Shown here piece by piece: positions 50,384-63,243 of a DNA stretch of 64,000 nt. Position 1 is the stretch's first letter. The number at the start of each line of letters is the position of its first letter. Under the pieces are notes generated by a model. The model was not told the origin of the DNA and ran no database searches. It saw only the letters and a program-made list of their open reading frames with translations. Source of the DNA: Trichoplax sp. H2 (taxonomy: Eukaryota); assembly GCA_003344405.1 (NCBI GenBank), contig NOWV01000135.1, positions 124,001-188,000 on the forward strand, in the 5' to 3' direction. The translations under genes and the position numbers were made by a program.

Positions 50384-53300
50384 ATGGAAGAATCTGGTGG
50401 ACAAACTCGTCAATTACAACTGGCGTCAACAATTGGATTTTCAGGTACTTGCGCAGGCTATCACAAGCGTTGCAGAGTTGTAACTTAATATGATCACAGA
50501 TGATTGAATATTGATTTCATTTACAACGCTAGATCAACTTGCTAGCTAAAAACTTGTTCTAACGGATAGAATCATACTAAAACCATAGTAGTTTGTTTAA
50601 AAAGAATATTCAAGATAGATTTATTTTGTTAATTTTCTCTGAATTGACACTCTACGCACCAGGTTATACTAAACTAAAAAGAATCATTTTTTTTCATAAA
50701 ATTTCATCTTACTAAATGATCTTCAATTATTGACACTCATCAAATGTTTAACACCAACTCTTACTGTATCTTAGTGTATGCTATACGATTAATAGTGTAC
50801 AATGTGATAAATTTACAAAACTAGACGTAAACTAATGGAAACCTTGATAACTTAAGAAAAAATTGAAGAAAATACGCACTTTAATTGCCTATAGACTAAT
50901 CGTTCAACGCATTAACAAAATATCTACAACTTGCTTAAATAGGAGATATTCACAAGGGCTTACTCGTTCATCCTGATCGCCAACACTTAGTTCATGCTAT
51001 TGGCAGCACGATCGTGATTCAAGATTTGGCAGATGGTTCTCAAAAATTTCTCGTTGGTCATACTGGTGATGTTTCCTGCCTTACAGTATCTCGTAGTGGA
51101 AGATATATTGCATCTGGCCAAGTGGCGCCAATGGGATTCAAAGTATGGTGATCGTAAATTAGAAGATATATATATTCTTTCCGAATAATTGTTTACATGG
51201 AATTGCATATAATCTATACATTTGATTAAGGCATTCGTAAGCATGATCTGTAATAAATTTTTGTTGATCTCAGGCTGAAATAATTATATGGGATTTTGAA
51301 AAGAGAACATTAAAGTGCAGGCTAACGCTTCATAAAGTTAGAGTTTATGCTCTTGCCTTTTCACCCAACGACAAATTTCTTGTATCACTCGGAGGACAAG
51401 ATGATGGAAGGTATACGCAATAACTTAGCCATACTATTATGATCACATAACATATTTAATTTATTTTATTACAAGCTAAATTAATTCAAGGCTCTATATC
51501 AAGCTACAGGTTAAAGAATTCACTTTTATTCATTCTTTATGTTATAGTGTTGTAGTTTGGGATGTTGCTTCTGAACAAGCAATTTGTGGAAGCCCTGCAG
51601 CTCTGCAAAGTGCTGGCGTTACATATGCAATTGCATACGCCAACAACAATGATTATAAATTCGTTACTGGCGGAAAGTATGATAATATCAAGTTAATAGT
51701 GTAGATATAGTTAATATCTTTCAACCGCTTCGAAAATAATTTATTTAAATTCTATTATAGTCAAACCCTGCGCATATGGGAATTAGACTTACCCAACAGA
51801 AAGATCAGACCTACCGATTGTGGATTAGGGCAATTAAAACGTGTCGTGAAATGCATTGAGGTATGAACACAAATTAGCTAATCGATACCATAGCTGTAAA
51901 ATATCACGTTTTCGCCATTAACACAATTATGTTATAAAACTTGTTTCAGATTAATGAAGATGATAGTGTATTTTACTGTGGTACAACAACTGGAGATATT
52001 TTGCAGGTTTTTAAACATTATGTTATCGCTAGTATGTTAACTATTTTAAATATAAATTTTTCATTGCTATGCTTTTAACGTACAACAACTATTGATATTA
52101 TCCGAATACTGACTGTTAGAATAATATATCGTGCATTACTTTGACAGGTTAATATGAATACTCATCTAATGAAAGATTACGGTCCCCAAAAAGAACGTCT
52201 TAGCTTAGGAATTTTATCATTGAGTTTGCTAACTACTGGAGATATTCTCGCTGGTGCGGGTGATGGAACAGTCGCTTTAATAAGCGGTGCCGCTTTTGCT
52301 AAGAAAAAGTAAATTCAATTACTCCTAACTATTGAAAGCCTATAAATATTTAGAATATTTAACGGAAAATAGAGACTGGTAAAGCTACCTAAGTTGATTA
52401 TTAACGATATTGCTTTCTTAGAAATTATATCAAGAATTCAGTCAAGGTTCAAGGACCGGTAACATCAATCAGCCTTAGAGGACAGGGTCATCAGGTTGAT
52501 ATACAGTATAATAAGATTTAATTTTAGCAATTTACTAGTCACGAAATAGAATGGCTTTTGCCTTGCACGAACGCGTCGTCATTGAAGTTCTGATTACGAT
52601 TAGACCTGTAATTATTCATGGAAAATAACTATTTGATAATAATTCTTGATTTACTGTTTATCCAAATAGTTTTTTGTTGGAACAGAACGTTCCGAAATAT
52701 ATCGCTTCAATCTTGCGGATTTTTCCAATGAACTGATCACCACTTGCCATTACAGCGCAATCAATGATATAAACTTTCCTTTGTAAGTATTCGAATAATT
52801 GATTTAACAGAAGTGTAGATGAAAAAAAATTACGATATGCTAGATTATGACAGTCTGTAATTACCGAACTGAGATATTTCGAACACAGGGTATTATGATT
52901 AATCAACAGATGAATTCTCAAAAAACGTTAATTGTAGCCTGATTTCACTTCCATTTCTTTTAGTGGTTACTCTGATGTATTTGCCACATGCTCCAAGAAC
53001 GATATTAGAGTTTGGAATGCAAATAATAATAGACTTCTTTTGCGTATTACGGTGCCAAACATTGTATGTGAGACAATCGACTTCACTCGTGACGGGAAAA
53101 CTATCATTAGCGGTATCTATATATGCTACAGATACTTTCATTTAACTTTAGTCGAAATTTTTTAATCATAATCTATGTATAATTCAGGATGGAATGACGG
53201 TAAGATAAGGGCTTTTACGCCAGAAAGTGGAAAGGAAATTTATACCCTTCATGATGCTCACAACAAGGTAAAACACTTGTCGCTACTAGAATGTAAGGTT

Positions 53301-54645
53301 ATGGGTTAAATAGATTATCAGTCTGTTTTCCGTAATGGACGGTAAAGTAACATGATGCTATTGAAATTGATACTTTAGGGTGTTACAGCCATAGCCTCAA
53401 CAAGTGATTGTCAGAGAATTATTAGTGGTGGAGGTGAAGGTCAAGTACGCGTTTGGCAAATATCTGCTAAGAAGCAAACTTTACTGGAAGCCATGAAAGA
53501 ACATAAAGGTTCAACTTTTATTTTCATTTATTCACAATTTGAGCACCAAACTGAGCATTCTGATACTGTAATACGTTGTTACACTTACGTATAACAGAGT
53601 AATACCTTAGAGTGAAATTTACAATTATTTTTACCGTTTCGTATGGCTTTGAGGTAAATCTTAAATATTACTGATTATTCTGTTTTACAATATATAGGAA
53701 GTGTTTCATGTATTAAGATACGAAAAAATGACCAAGAGGTAATAAAATAGCTTCTATCCTTGCTTCGGAATGATAAAATCTCTAAGTCTGATAAGTAAAG
53801 CATTTCTACGCTCCCATGTGGTAAATTTAATTTTTTTTTCTTTAACAATGATAGTGCGTTACAGCCAGCACCGATGGTACCTGTATAATTTGGGATTTAC
53901 AGTAAGTTGATTGAGTTTGAATTATTTCGAGACATCTTCCCAGCAATTTAATCAGCGCTGGTAATATTTGTAGTAAAAATGCACAACAACTAACTTTTTA
54001 CTGGTGTATCCTTCATTCATATAGACGATTTGTACGAAATCAGATTATATTTGCAAATACATTATTCAAGGGTGTTTGCTATCGTCCGGATGAATGTCAG
54101 ATAATTACATGCGGAACCGATCGTAAGGTATTGTATATTGTACTGTATTACGCGTACTCTAAAGTTTGACCATTACAATTCCAAAGGTTCATACGCAAAA
54201 TAAATGTACTAAAGGTAGTTTGAGCGATGTAATTACTGTCGTAGCAAAATTGATCATACTTTTCTCTAATTTTACTTAATATCATAGATTGGGTATTGGG
54301 AAACTTACGATGGTACTCAGATACGTGAATTGGAAGGCTCCAAGAGTTCAATTAATGGCATGGATATTGCTCCAGATGGGCTTTTCGTTGTTACTGGTGG
54401 TGCCGACAAAGTGATAAGGGTAAGCCAACTTCAGTATCATTCCTTATTATATTTCATATATTCCTCAGCCTTCTTTATGCAATTTATAGATGTGGAAATA
54501 CAATGATGGAGAGGTGGAATATGTTGGATATGGGCATAGCAGCGATATTTCACGCCTCAGAATTTGCCCTAATCAAAAACATATCGTTAGTGTCAGTGTT
54601 GATGGCGCTGTAATGCGTTGGAAATATCCATCGACTTTTGCGTAG
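50384..54645 (+). CDS. CFAP52: Cilia- and flagella-associated protein 52 (WDR16), WD40 microtubule inner protein, about 17 exons
   Basis: Approximate exons 50384-50444, 50943-51142, 51274-51410, 51548-51676, 51761-51861, 51950-52006, 52148-52308, 52422-52494, 52670-52782, 52964-53113, 53189-53267, 53379-53508, 53698-53738, 53854-53900, 54024-54127, 54288-54419, 54490-54645. Translation follows recalled CFAP52 end to end: IGFSG, HPDRQHL, YIASGQVAPMGFK, AFSPNDKFLVSLGGQDDGSVVVW, WELDLPNRKIRPT, WNDGKIRAF, TASTDGTCIIWDL, VSVDGAVMRWKYP. Confidence 0.95.
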
Positions 54646-55798
54646 AAGCTCAATCAAAATGATTACACAAGCTTCACTGATATTGCGTTACAGTTTTTAT
54701 CCAACTGTAATATCACTGTCCGTAATATTAATTTCCAACAAACGCATTTTACTTCAATATGCTATCAAAATAAACATAACTTTATGGCTCTCTTTTTAGA
54801 ATAATGCGCTTTTGATTACTTCAATAAATGTAGTAATAGTTGCAATTACTGTATATTGCTACCACCTAACTTTGAATTTACTTAAAATTTATTGGTAACG
54901 TAATACGATACCGTGCAAGTATCTTAATAAAAACATAAGAAATTTACAGTGCAGTCTTTATAGCGCTGAAGTTGAGAGCTATCTTCAATTAGCAAAGATG
55001 CTTGAGCTGTGCTTGTCCGTCACACTTCTTGATTTGTATATCATTACATTTTATTGGTATTTATAACATGAAAACTGTTAATGCTATGATTGCTATCTTA
55101 CAAATGATTTTACTAGTGTATTCTTAGTGATAGGTAAACTCCTCAATGGTAGTATATCCATGCAAAATTATTGTAGAATTATTAAGGCAACCAATTTGTT
55201 AATAAAAGTTTAACAGACTTTCATGCGAGGTATAAACAATTTTTTCCTTCTTGCTATTATAGCTTTTTTGTGCACATTTGATTAGTCTGGTGATGACATA
55301 ACTATATTAACTACATACTCATAAATATCATATTAATAAAACAAGATTGGTATCTACAAGTATTACTTTAAAATAAATTTTTTTCCAAAGAAACTTACAA
55401 TATTATCAACATCATCTTCTGAAATAAATTGTTAATATATACTCACGCATCAACAACAGTTCAGTAACAAAACTAAGACGTCATCTGAATCATAATGTCT
55501 TATAGAGGATCTGATATAGAAAGAAAATGACAGCATAGACACATCACAGTAAAATTAAAAATGTAGTTTATCATGTGCGTACGTCAATACATTGCACAAT
55601 AATTTGATGTTAAAATAAAGTACTATATTTATTTAATGTAAGCTGTCAGAACGATAAGTTATCTCTAGATAACAGCCACATTAATAATAGTGGCCATAAA
55701 GTTTGTAAGTAATAGTTACAGCCTCACAAATTTACAAAATGATAACCCTACTATAAGAAATTGTAGGTTTATTTGCCAGTAAGCTATGAGTTCCTTGT

Positions 55799-56921
55799 TC
55801 AGCCCCATGCTGGAGTCTTACAATAATATAATACTAGTTTACCATCAGCAGCAAAGCACTGTAACAGATAGGTAGGTTGAATGGTAAGTTACATCAATAT
55901 TATAAATACAGAAATTATTGTGACGAACAAAAGTAACAGAAATGACTGTAGAGCAGTATGAAAAGAACTAACTTAACTTCATCATTTAAGGATTGCAATT
56001 TTACAACAATTATGAAAGCATTTCTAGCTATAGAAGCACAACGAAGAGAGTATTCACATGATATACAAATATTCAACATCTGTTTACCTGATAGAGATTT
56101 CGTATACTTTGATCAGCAGAAGGTACAAAGGCTTGATTCACGTAAATAAACTACATGAAGCAATAAATCAAAGAAAATAAATTTACGTGAACTGCAGGCA
56201 TACACCATAAATTAATTGTCGTAAATCGCTGATTGCATTTCGCTACATACGCGTATATAGTTGCACGGTTAATTATACAATGGTTGCATAATCGTAAAAG
56301 ACTCTGATCACTGTAATCATTTTAAAAATTTTGCATATTATCATCCAAATAGTGATACTATCAAAAATAGCAAAATATATATTGTTATATTATATATACT
56401 GTACTACTATCCTATCACAGATTGCATAATTTATACTGAAATTGGCGATGACATATTGGTAAATATGAAATGACACAGTGGCGAATCAATCAGTAATTTT
56501 CTCTCGGTGCTATAAGTTTACTACAAAGCACATTGTCTATCATTTAAGGATTGCAGCTCGATATCTGGATAGATTAAATCATCTATGGTAACTAACCAAT
56601 GATTCTGACGGCTGGCATTTCAGGTACCTTCGCAAGAAATCTATTACCCATACCACTTTCTTGTCCGGGTCTACAGACCATTTCTTTTTCTTTAGTATGG
56701 GTGCATCACCAGCACTTTTTAATAATAGATCAACTGGACACATCAACGGTAAAACAATTCTTATTAGTAATCGGGTCATATACAGCATATTCCACTGAAT
56801 TTTTGCTTCATTTTATGTTTCATAAAACAGAACAGATAGAACTGATTTTACCTTTCTTTTTTTCTCCTGTTACACTAGTAGTTGATTCGACAGGAACTGC
56901 TGTTTCTTCATTGTCAGCCAT
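55799..56921 (-). CDS. ATG12: Autophagy-related ubiquitin-like protein ATG12, 4 exons, 109 aa
   Basis: Exons 56921-56852, 56733-56597, 56150-56088, 55858-55799 give MADNEETAVPVESTTSVTGEKKKVDLLLKSAGDAPILKKKKWSVDPDKKVVWVIDFLRRYLKCQPSESLFIYVNQAFVPSADQSIRNLYQCFAADGKLVLYYCKTPAWG*, with the diagnostic C-terminal AWG. Confidence 0.97.
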
Positions 56922-56954
56922 TACTGCTCCAAATCTCTCAGCTGCTCAACACTA

Positions 56955-57220
56955 GTTACAGTGTACTTTAAAGTACAGTACAGTACCGTATAGTTTACAG
57001 TACAGTATACTGTAAAGTGCCATGGACTACTGACTACTGTACTAGAAAAAATTCTGGTACTTGTACTATACGTAGTACGTATAGTACGAGTACTAGAATT
57101 TTTACGTACCATACTGGAGGGCCTTCTGGACAGTACTGTACAGTGTACAGTACGTTTCCTACAATGTACTGTACTGTACCGTACAGTGTACAGTGACTGT
57201 ACTGCAATACTATACTGTAC
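56955..57220. repeat. TACTG/CAGTA pentamer array upstream of ATG12
   Basis: gtacagtacagtacc, tacagtatactgta, cagtactgtacagtgtacagtac and gtactgtactgtacc immediately 5' of the ATG12 ATG. Confidence 0.85.
57047..57103. repeat. Near-perfect inverted repeat (28-bp arms, 1-nt spacer)
   Basis: aaaaattctggtacttgtactatacgta-g-tacgtatagtacgagtactagaattttt. Arms are complementary at 26 of 28 positions. Confidence 0.9.
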
Positions 57221-60200
57221 GGACGGACACTTTGTACACCATATTGCAGTATTCAGGCATCACTATCATGGACATCTAGTGCATCTATTGCAGTAAATAA
57301 TTTGATGACTGGCGTTGCTTTATCATAAACTGCTATATACATGTGCTGAAAGAACCCGAATTTTTATGAATAAAATTTTATAAAAATTTTTCCGGGAACT
57401 TTCTGAACAGTGGCAGTGATTGCATATCTCATGTGTTCTTACTTCCACGCTATCCCTATTTTCATTGAAATCTATTGTCAATGTAAGGCGAAATTGACGT
57501 TTGAGCATACAGTATATTAATCATCAAATTTGTATTAATCGTTAAAGTAATTTTACTTAACTTGCAGAATCCCAATTGAGCATAACAAGACTTTCGGGAC
57601 ATACTGATTAGTACCGGTTCCGGTACAAGTAAATTTATTTTATACTCGATATACTTCGCGTACTTGTTTCCTAAACAGAATATTTCAGTTCAATAGTATG
57701 AAGCTTTACATAGAGCTAAACAGAGTTTTAATAAATTATAAGACGAGCCTGGTATCTAACAATATCTTATGAAATTCGAAATTCAAGTATCCAATTAAAA
57801 TGGGAATAAATCCACTTTACAGTATGTCCTAAATTTTGTAGTCAATTTCGCAATGGTTACATGTACCATTGCAAGTTGCGGTTAAGCGGCTCTAAACCAT
57901 CGTAGATCATATGTCGTAAACTCGTAGATACCAGCAATATCGCTACTGTAGAGTTTGTGTATATATCCTGTTTCATGTCAAGGATTAATTAGAGCTGTTG
58001 CTATGCTGTAAATATGCTTGCGTGGATATGAGATATAACGCATTATTTAACGTATTTTGCTTTATCTTAGCTGCTGTACAGATTAATAGCGCAGTATTAC
58101 CATCAGCGAAGCGGCAAGATGCGCTTAGATTTTAGATCTATATATAATCATACACTGTGTAATATATAGCACCGTAATTATTGTTTGCACTATGGCAGCA
58201 TCATGTGATCTAGCTGCTGAGATGAACGATCTAGTTCTATTTCTTCATTTATCTATTGCTATTCTCTATGGTTGCAAAATTCGATTTCTCCTATTGCTAT
58301 GAATTAAATTTGTGTTTTGCATCCTAGTCAATCCTTTAGAAGTTTCTCAGGCTCTTCAGATATTTCTGTATCTCATTTCTCCTATTTTTGTTGTCACTAA
58401 TTAGTGCACAAGAACCTAAACTGTTAACCGAATAATAATTGTACCATTATCATCGTGTATACCTCAAGCCTACCGAGTAATAAAGTATTGCACTCTTTCT
58501 ATAGAGCTTAGCATTGAGTAATATCCAATTTTGTCTAGTAAAAACGCACACTGTATATAAAGAATAACTATCCAAGAGACACGATAATAATTGGTTGGCG
58601 ATGAGAGCTTTTAAGAGCAAATATGCCATAAAATGATAAGTATTTATCGACCAAATACAGTACTGTCGTAGTTGCACTGTTACTGATAGTAGGGTACAGA
58701 CATAAATTATAATATGATTGATATTATAATTAGATTTTTGTGGTAGGAACAAAAAGAAACTAACAAGTACCACAGCGTATTATTTTATATTTTACATCTG
58801 ATTACGCATTGTCTGCTACGTTACTTTATGAACAAGAGATTAATACAGATACGATTTATATTTCACTGCTTATCAAGACAGCAAATTATTATTCAGGCCA
58901 CGGAATATTTATTCTAATCACTATTAATAACTATGTATATGTTGTACTGACGATAGATTTAGGTAAAGAACAGTATATATCAATACATAAATTAAAAGCA
59001 AATGATATACGTGGATTGTACGTTTTAATTATATATGCTGAGATCCGTAAATTTTATTTATACTGTAACAGCGTACAGTATATTACTATAGATAATAGTA
59101 TATCATTATTACGTGTACATTTTTATAATAATATAGTTATCATCATGCATTTTTTTATAAAATACCGAAATATATGCTACTGTGGTGGTTCTTGTGAAGA
59201 ATACCTTCCAGTTTCCTAGTGATTCTTTCTTTAATGTTAACTTTGTATGATAAGAGTATCCTTTACGTTATACCTATGCAACACTGGTCCAAACTCTACT
59301 TCATGTTTCTTTATTGTGAACATACAGCTAAGGTGTCTTATCTAAGTTAGTTAAGAAAGTACAGTGATACATTCACTGTCCCTTTTGCCTTTCTCTTCAA
59401 TTGTTATGACCAGTTACTTGCAGTACTAATCTACTGTTGGTGCTAGAGAATTGCTGAGGTACTGTAGTTATAAATCATGTCTAAGAATGCTGTTTAATTG
59501 ACCTTATGTGTTTAATATCGCAATCAAAATTAAAGTCTCGCATATGCTTTCAATTTACAGTGACTAAAATAAGGACAAAGCTACTATACTAAATGTACAT
59601 TGCACTCGTGTAGCAAATTTTCTTACCCAATGATAGCTCAATCGGATTGCTCTCAGGTCTCTTTTTGATCCGTTAATAATTTAATACTTGGTATATCTTT
59701 GAATTGTTGTATTATCTATTAATATATATAAGATTAATTACTGTTTAAGTAATTTTATTGAGCGTTGATACATGCATGTAACGATGGACATGTATGATTC
59801 GCTATATTGATTAATATGAGATTAATTGCTACTTAAATAATTTTATCGAACGCTCATATACTCGTATATGACGGTGGAATTCACTGTGATACTTGTCGGT
59901 ACCAAGGTTGCATGAATAATAATTATAATGTTTGAGAGCATTAACTGTAAGTATTCTATTTTTTAAAATTATTTATGACCGAAATAAATGGGTATTTGAA
60001 ATAGGAGTTTTATTTAAAAATTTGTATAATATATAATGTAGAATCAGTAAGTAAGATTCTTCTTTCTCAGCACAGTGCGTATACGCGTATACGTGCTTTA
60101 GTTATTTGCTGACACCTATACATTCGTAGGAGGTCGCTTACAAAAATGGGCCATATTTGAATTTCTATTAAGTAGGATGGACTATTTTAGCAATGTAAAT

Positions 60201-62144
60201 TAATGTAATTACTGAAGGTCTTTCTTTCTATAGTAGGTTCTTTACATCCGTAGACGTGATAATTTCTCGGAAGCTTTTAATGCTATTCAAGAGAAGGCGT
60301 TCTGTATTCTTTATTAAAAGTATCAAGACGGACAATGAGAATTCCAAGAAATGATAACTAATTCCTGATTATGATAGAGAAATTAAGTGCTAATAATTCT
60401 AATTAAACATTTTATATGCTACATTCTATATGTCGAATTATGGGGAATTTTGGATAATGAAGAGCATTTGATTTCCCGAATGAATGATCAATCTAATTCT
60501 TTATAAGTAGTAATAATACGAGTTTTGTTATAGAGTAAAGAGTAAAGACTTTAAATTCGTTACTTGTAATTTATAAAGATTCTGTGTCTAAGCAATCGGT
60601 TATTACTGTATTCAGGCGAAAATACTGGAAATTCAAGTAATGCAGTCTGTAAATATGCGAAAGTCATGCAATATGCAAATTCAAATACAGTTTACTATAC
60701 TGTAGGAAAAGCAGCTTGTTCTATACTCATGCAATCATGCTGCATACTGCTACTTGACCTTCATATGTTAGTCAGTAAATGATAATGATGATTTACTGTT
60801 AACTGTAAATTAACGCTAGGTATTCATTACGCAATCGTTGTGCCGTATAAAACGTGTACAGTATACTGCATAGCGAAGAGGTACTGTGGCGTAAAAGTGA
60901 AAAGCTTTCAAATTATTGTGCTTCTATTGTAGTAAATGATTTCATCCTGTACTGCCATACTCATATGGGATAAAGTTTTAGAATTTCCGTCGAGATTGTT
61001 GAATAAGAGAAGAAGAGAATTATTAGCCCCCCAAAGTTTCACTGACAGTTTACATTGTACTGTACTGTTGCATGCTGCCATTGCTGCTGTTGAATTTCGT
61101 ATTCTCTAACATCTAAAACTGACTCGTTGCTACTGGAGCTAAGAGGAAATCACGTTTTTCTCCTACTTATCTAAATAGAGCTGTTCCATGCAAACTCGCA
61201 CAGTAGTCTGACTTTATGCACGTTGATGCTCGATACTGAGATACCGACAGTTGATTTTGAAGCATCTGGCTCTGACATTTGAGAATTGTATCGCTTCTGG
61301 TAAGAATAGCAATACCACAGTATTGACTCTCTTACTGTTCTAAAAGCAATTGTCTATGAGCACTTTCATTAATCTTGCAGCTATTCATGTTGATAGTTTC
61401 CCAGGCTGTTTATCACGACACTGTACATAGGGAATGTGTGGACTATACAGTATAATAAATGCAGCAAGTAGTACAAGAGGGGAACGAAATACTGTACTAT
61501 TGATTAGTCCCGGACTACAGTATTATACATACATTAGGTAAAACAGCCATTCATCCATTACATTTATTTGGTTATGACTAAAAACCTCCATTGTAATAAC
61601 AATAATGCAGATGTTCAAGATGAAAGTCCTCTCCTTGGAAAGAGCATATTCCATTGCCTATGGTAATATCAATAAGGTCATAGTTTGGTAGGGTTGCAGC
61701 ACTATTTCAGGCATTGTCCAACTTTAAGGTTTGTCGAAAGCATTACGCAACAAGCATTTTCCGCAGTTACTCGTACAGTCATTCATGGACTATGTCCACT
61801 GTAGAGTACTGAAATGAGTATGATGGGCTAGTAAAATTAGTATTTTAGTAATTTATGGTAATCATCGAGACATGAAGCAATGTGTATTGAATGGTGTTCA
61901 ATGTTTAATAGTGCTGGTACTATACAGTGTTTATTTTTCTTTTCAGACTGAGAAAAAGGGGAAAAATATTACTGTTACTAAGGTAAAATTACTATACTTT
62001 CTTTCTACTTGATATCATGATGCAGCTGTTTGCCATGCAAAAATTGGAACGAAAATAAACACATCGTTTTTTTAGTACTACAGTCCATGCCATCAACATG
62101 TACCGCCATGGACTATTCAATTGGCGGGATGCTAAAATGGACCT

Positions 62145-62510
62145 TTAACACAGTACAGTACTGAATGGCGGGGGAGCAGGACTTGTATGAAGAGAAATTC
62201 TTCCAAGTTGTTGAGTGACAGCTCATTGTGTAAGTGAACAAGTGTACACTGTCCACTTGTACAGTGTTGTCTTTGTTGGTCAGTCAAAAGGGGAGGGATT
62301 TCAGTACAGTACAGTACTGGTACTGTGTACCAGTAACGGAGACTTCGAAGAAGTCCATGGGAAGAAAGAGCGTTTTTGACGTACAGTACTGTACTGTACA
62401 GTAAAGATCACGGACAGTACCTTGGCGAAGGGAGTTGACGGTGAAGAAACCACTCCAACGCAATGAGTATTTGCTTGCCACGCAAGTTTCCTGTACACTG
62501 TACTGTAGAC
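62145..62510. repeat. Third TACTG/CAGTA-rich cluster, no adjacent gene identified
   Basis: cagtacagtactg (62151), cagtacagtacagtactggtactg (about 62303), gtacagtactgtactgtacagta (62381), ctgtacactgtactgta (62491). Confidence 0.7.
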
Positions 62511-62841
62511 TGGCACTAACTATATTATTGGAAAAGCTGAATAAAATCATTCATACAGTAGGTGTAAGTTGATCAGCAAGGGGGAAAAGATATAAATAAA
62601 TAACTACGTAAACAATCTAGTGCAAGTAATTACGGTAATCTGCTTTGTTTTTCCAGTTGCTAGTATACAAACTCACTGGTCCCTGGTGATTACCCCTAGT
62701 GGCGTCTTAAGTGCTAGTAGTCCTACAGTATACCATGGACTAAAGTACAGCACTGTACTCAAAATAGGAATTTTTCAATCAATAATAATAATAATAATAC
62801 TTTCTACTCGTTGATGACAAGTGCAGTATGTCGTCTCCAGT

Positions 62842-63243
62842 TGTAACTTGAATTGATGAAAAAACGACTGGTTCTATCGAGGAACGTGACCACGTCCAGT
62901 TAGACCTGCGGTCCAGTCGATTCCTGTACTGACTGTAGACTGTGTACTCATAGTAATGAGCATGGAGCTTTTTACTGCCTGTTCAATGGTCCAACCACTC
63001 TCATATAGTAGAGTAGACAGTAGGAAAAAGAGGAGAAACTCATTTCAGTCTCAGTGTACAGTAACTTGAATTGATGAAAAAACGACTCAATTCCTGTAGA
63101 CTGTCTACTCATAGTAATGAGCAATGGGAAGGAATGACTTGACATGGAGTTTTTTACTGCCTGTTCAATGTTCCAACCACTCTCATATAGTAGAGTAGAC
63201 AGTAGGAAAAAGAGGAGAAACTCTTTTCAGTCTCACTGTACAG
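62842..63243. repeat. Recent tandem duplication (about 220/180 bp) with reciprocal indels
   Basis: gtaacttgaattgatgaaaaaacgact at about 62843 and 63061; ccaaccactctcatatagtagagtagacagtaggaaaaagaggagaaactc at about 62992 and 63173. Confidence 0.9.

Noticed and set aside
57303-57407. TGATGA...CTGA boxes suggestive of a C/D snoRNA
   Set aside because: No convincing terminal stem or recognisable rRNA-complementary guide; these boxes are frequent by chance in AT-rich DNA.
58450-59219. 107-aa and 136-aa ORFs in the track
   Set aside because: Non-ATG starts, very AT-biased I/Y/L composition and no recognisable motifs.
60078-60093. Perfect 16-bp palindrome cgtatacgcgtatacg
   Set aside because: It is a simple doubling of an 8-bp self-complementary word with no supporting context.
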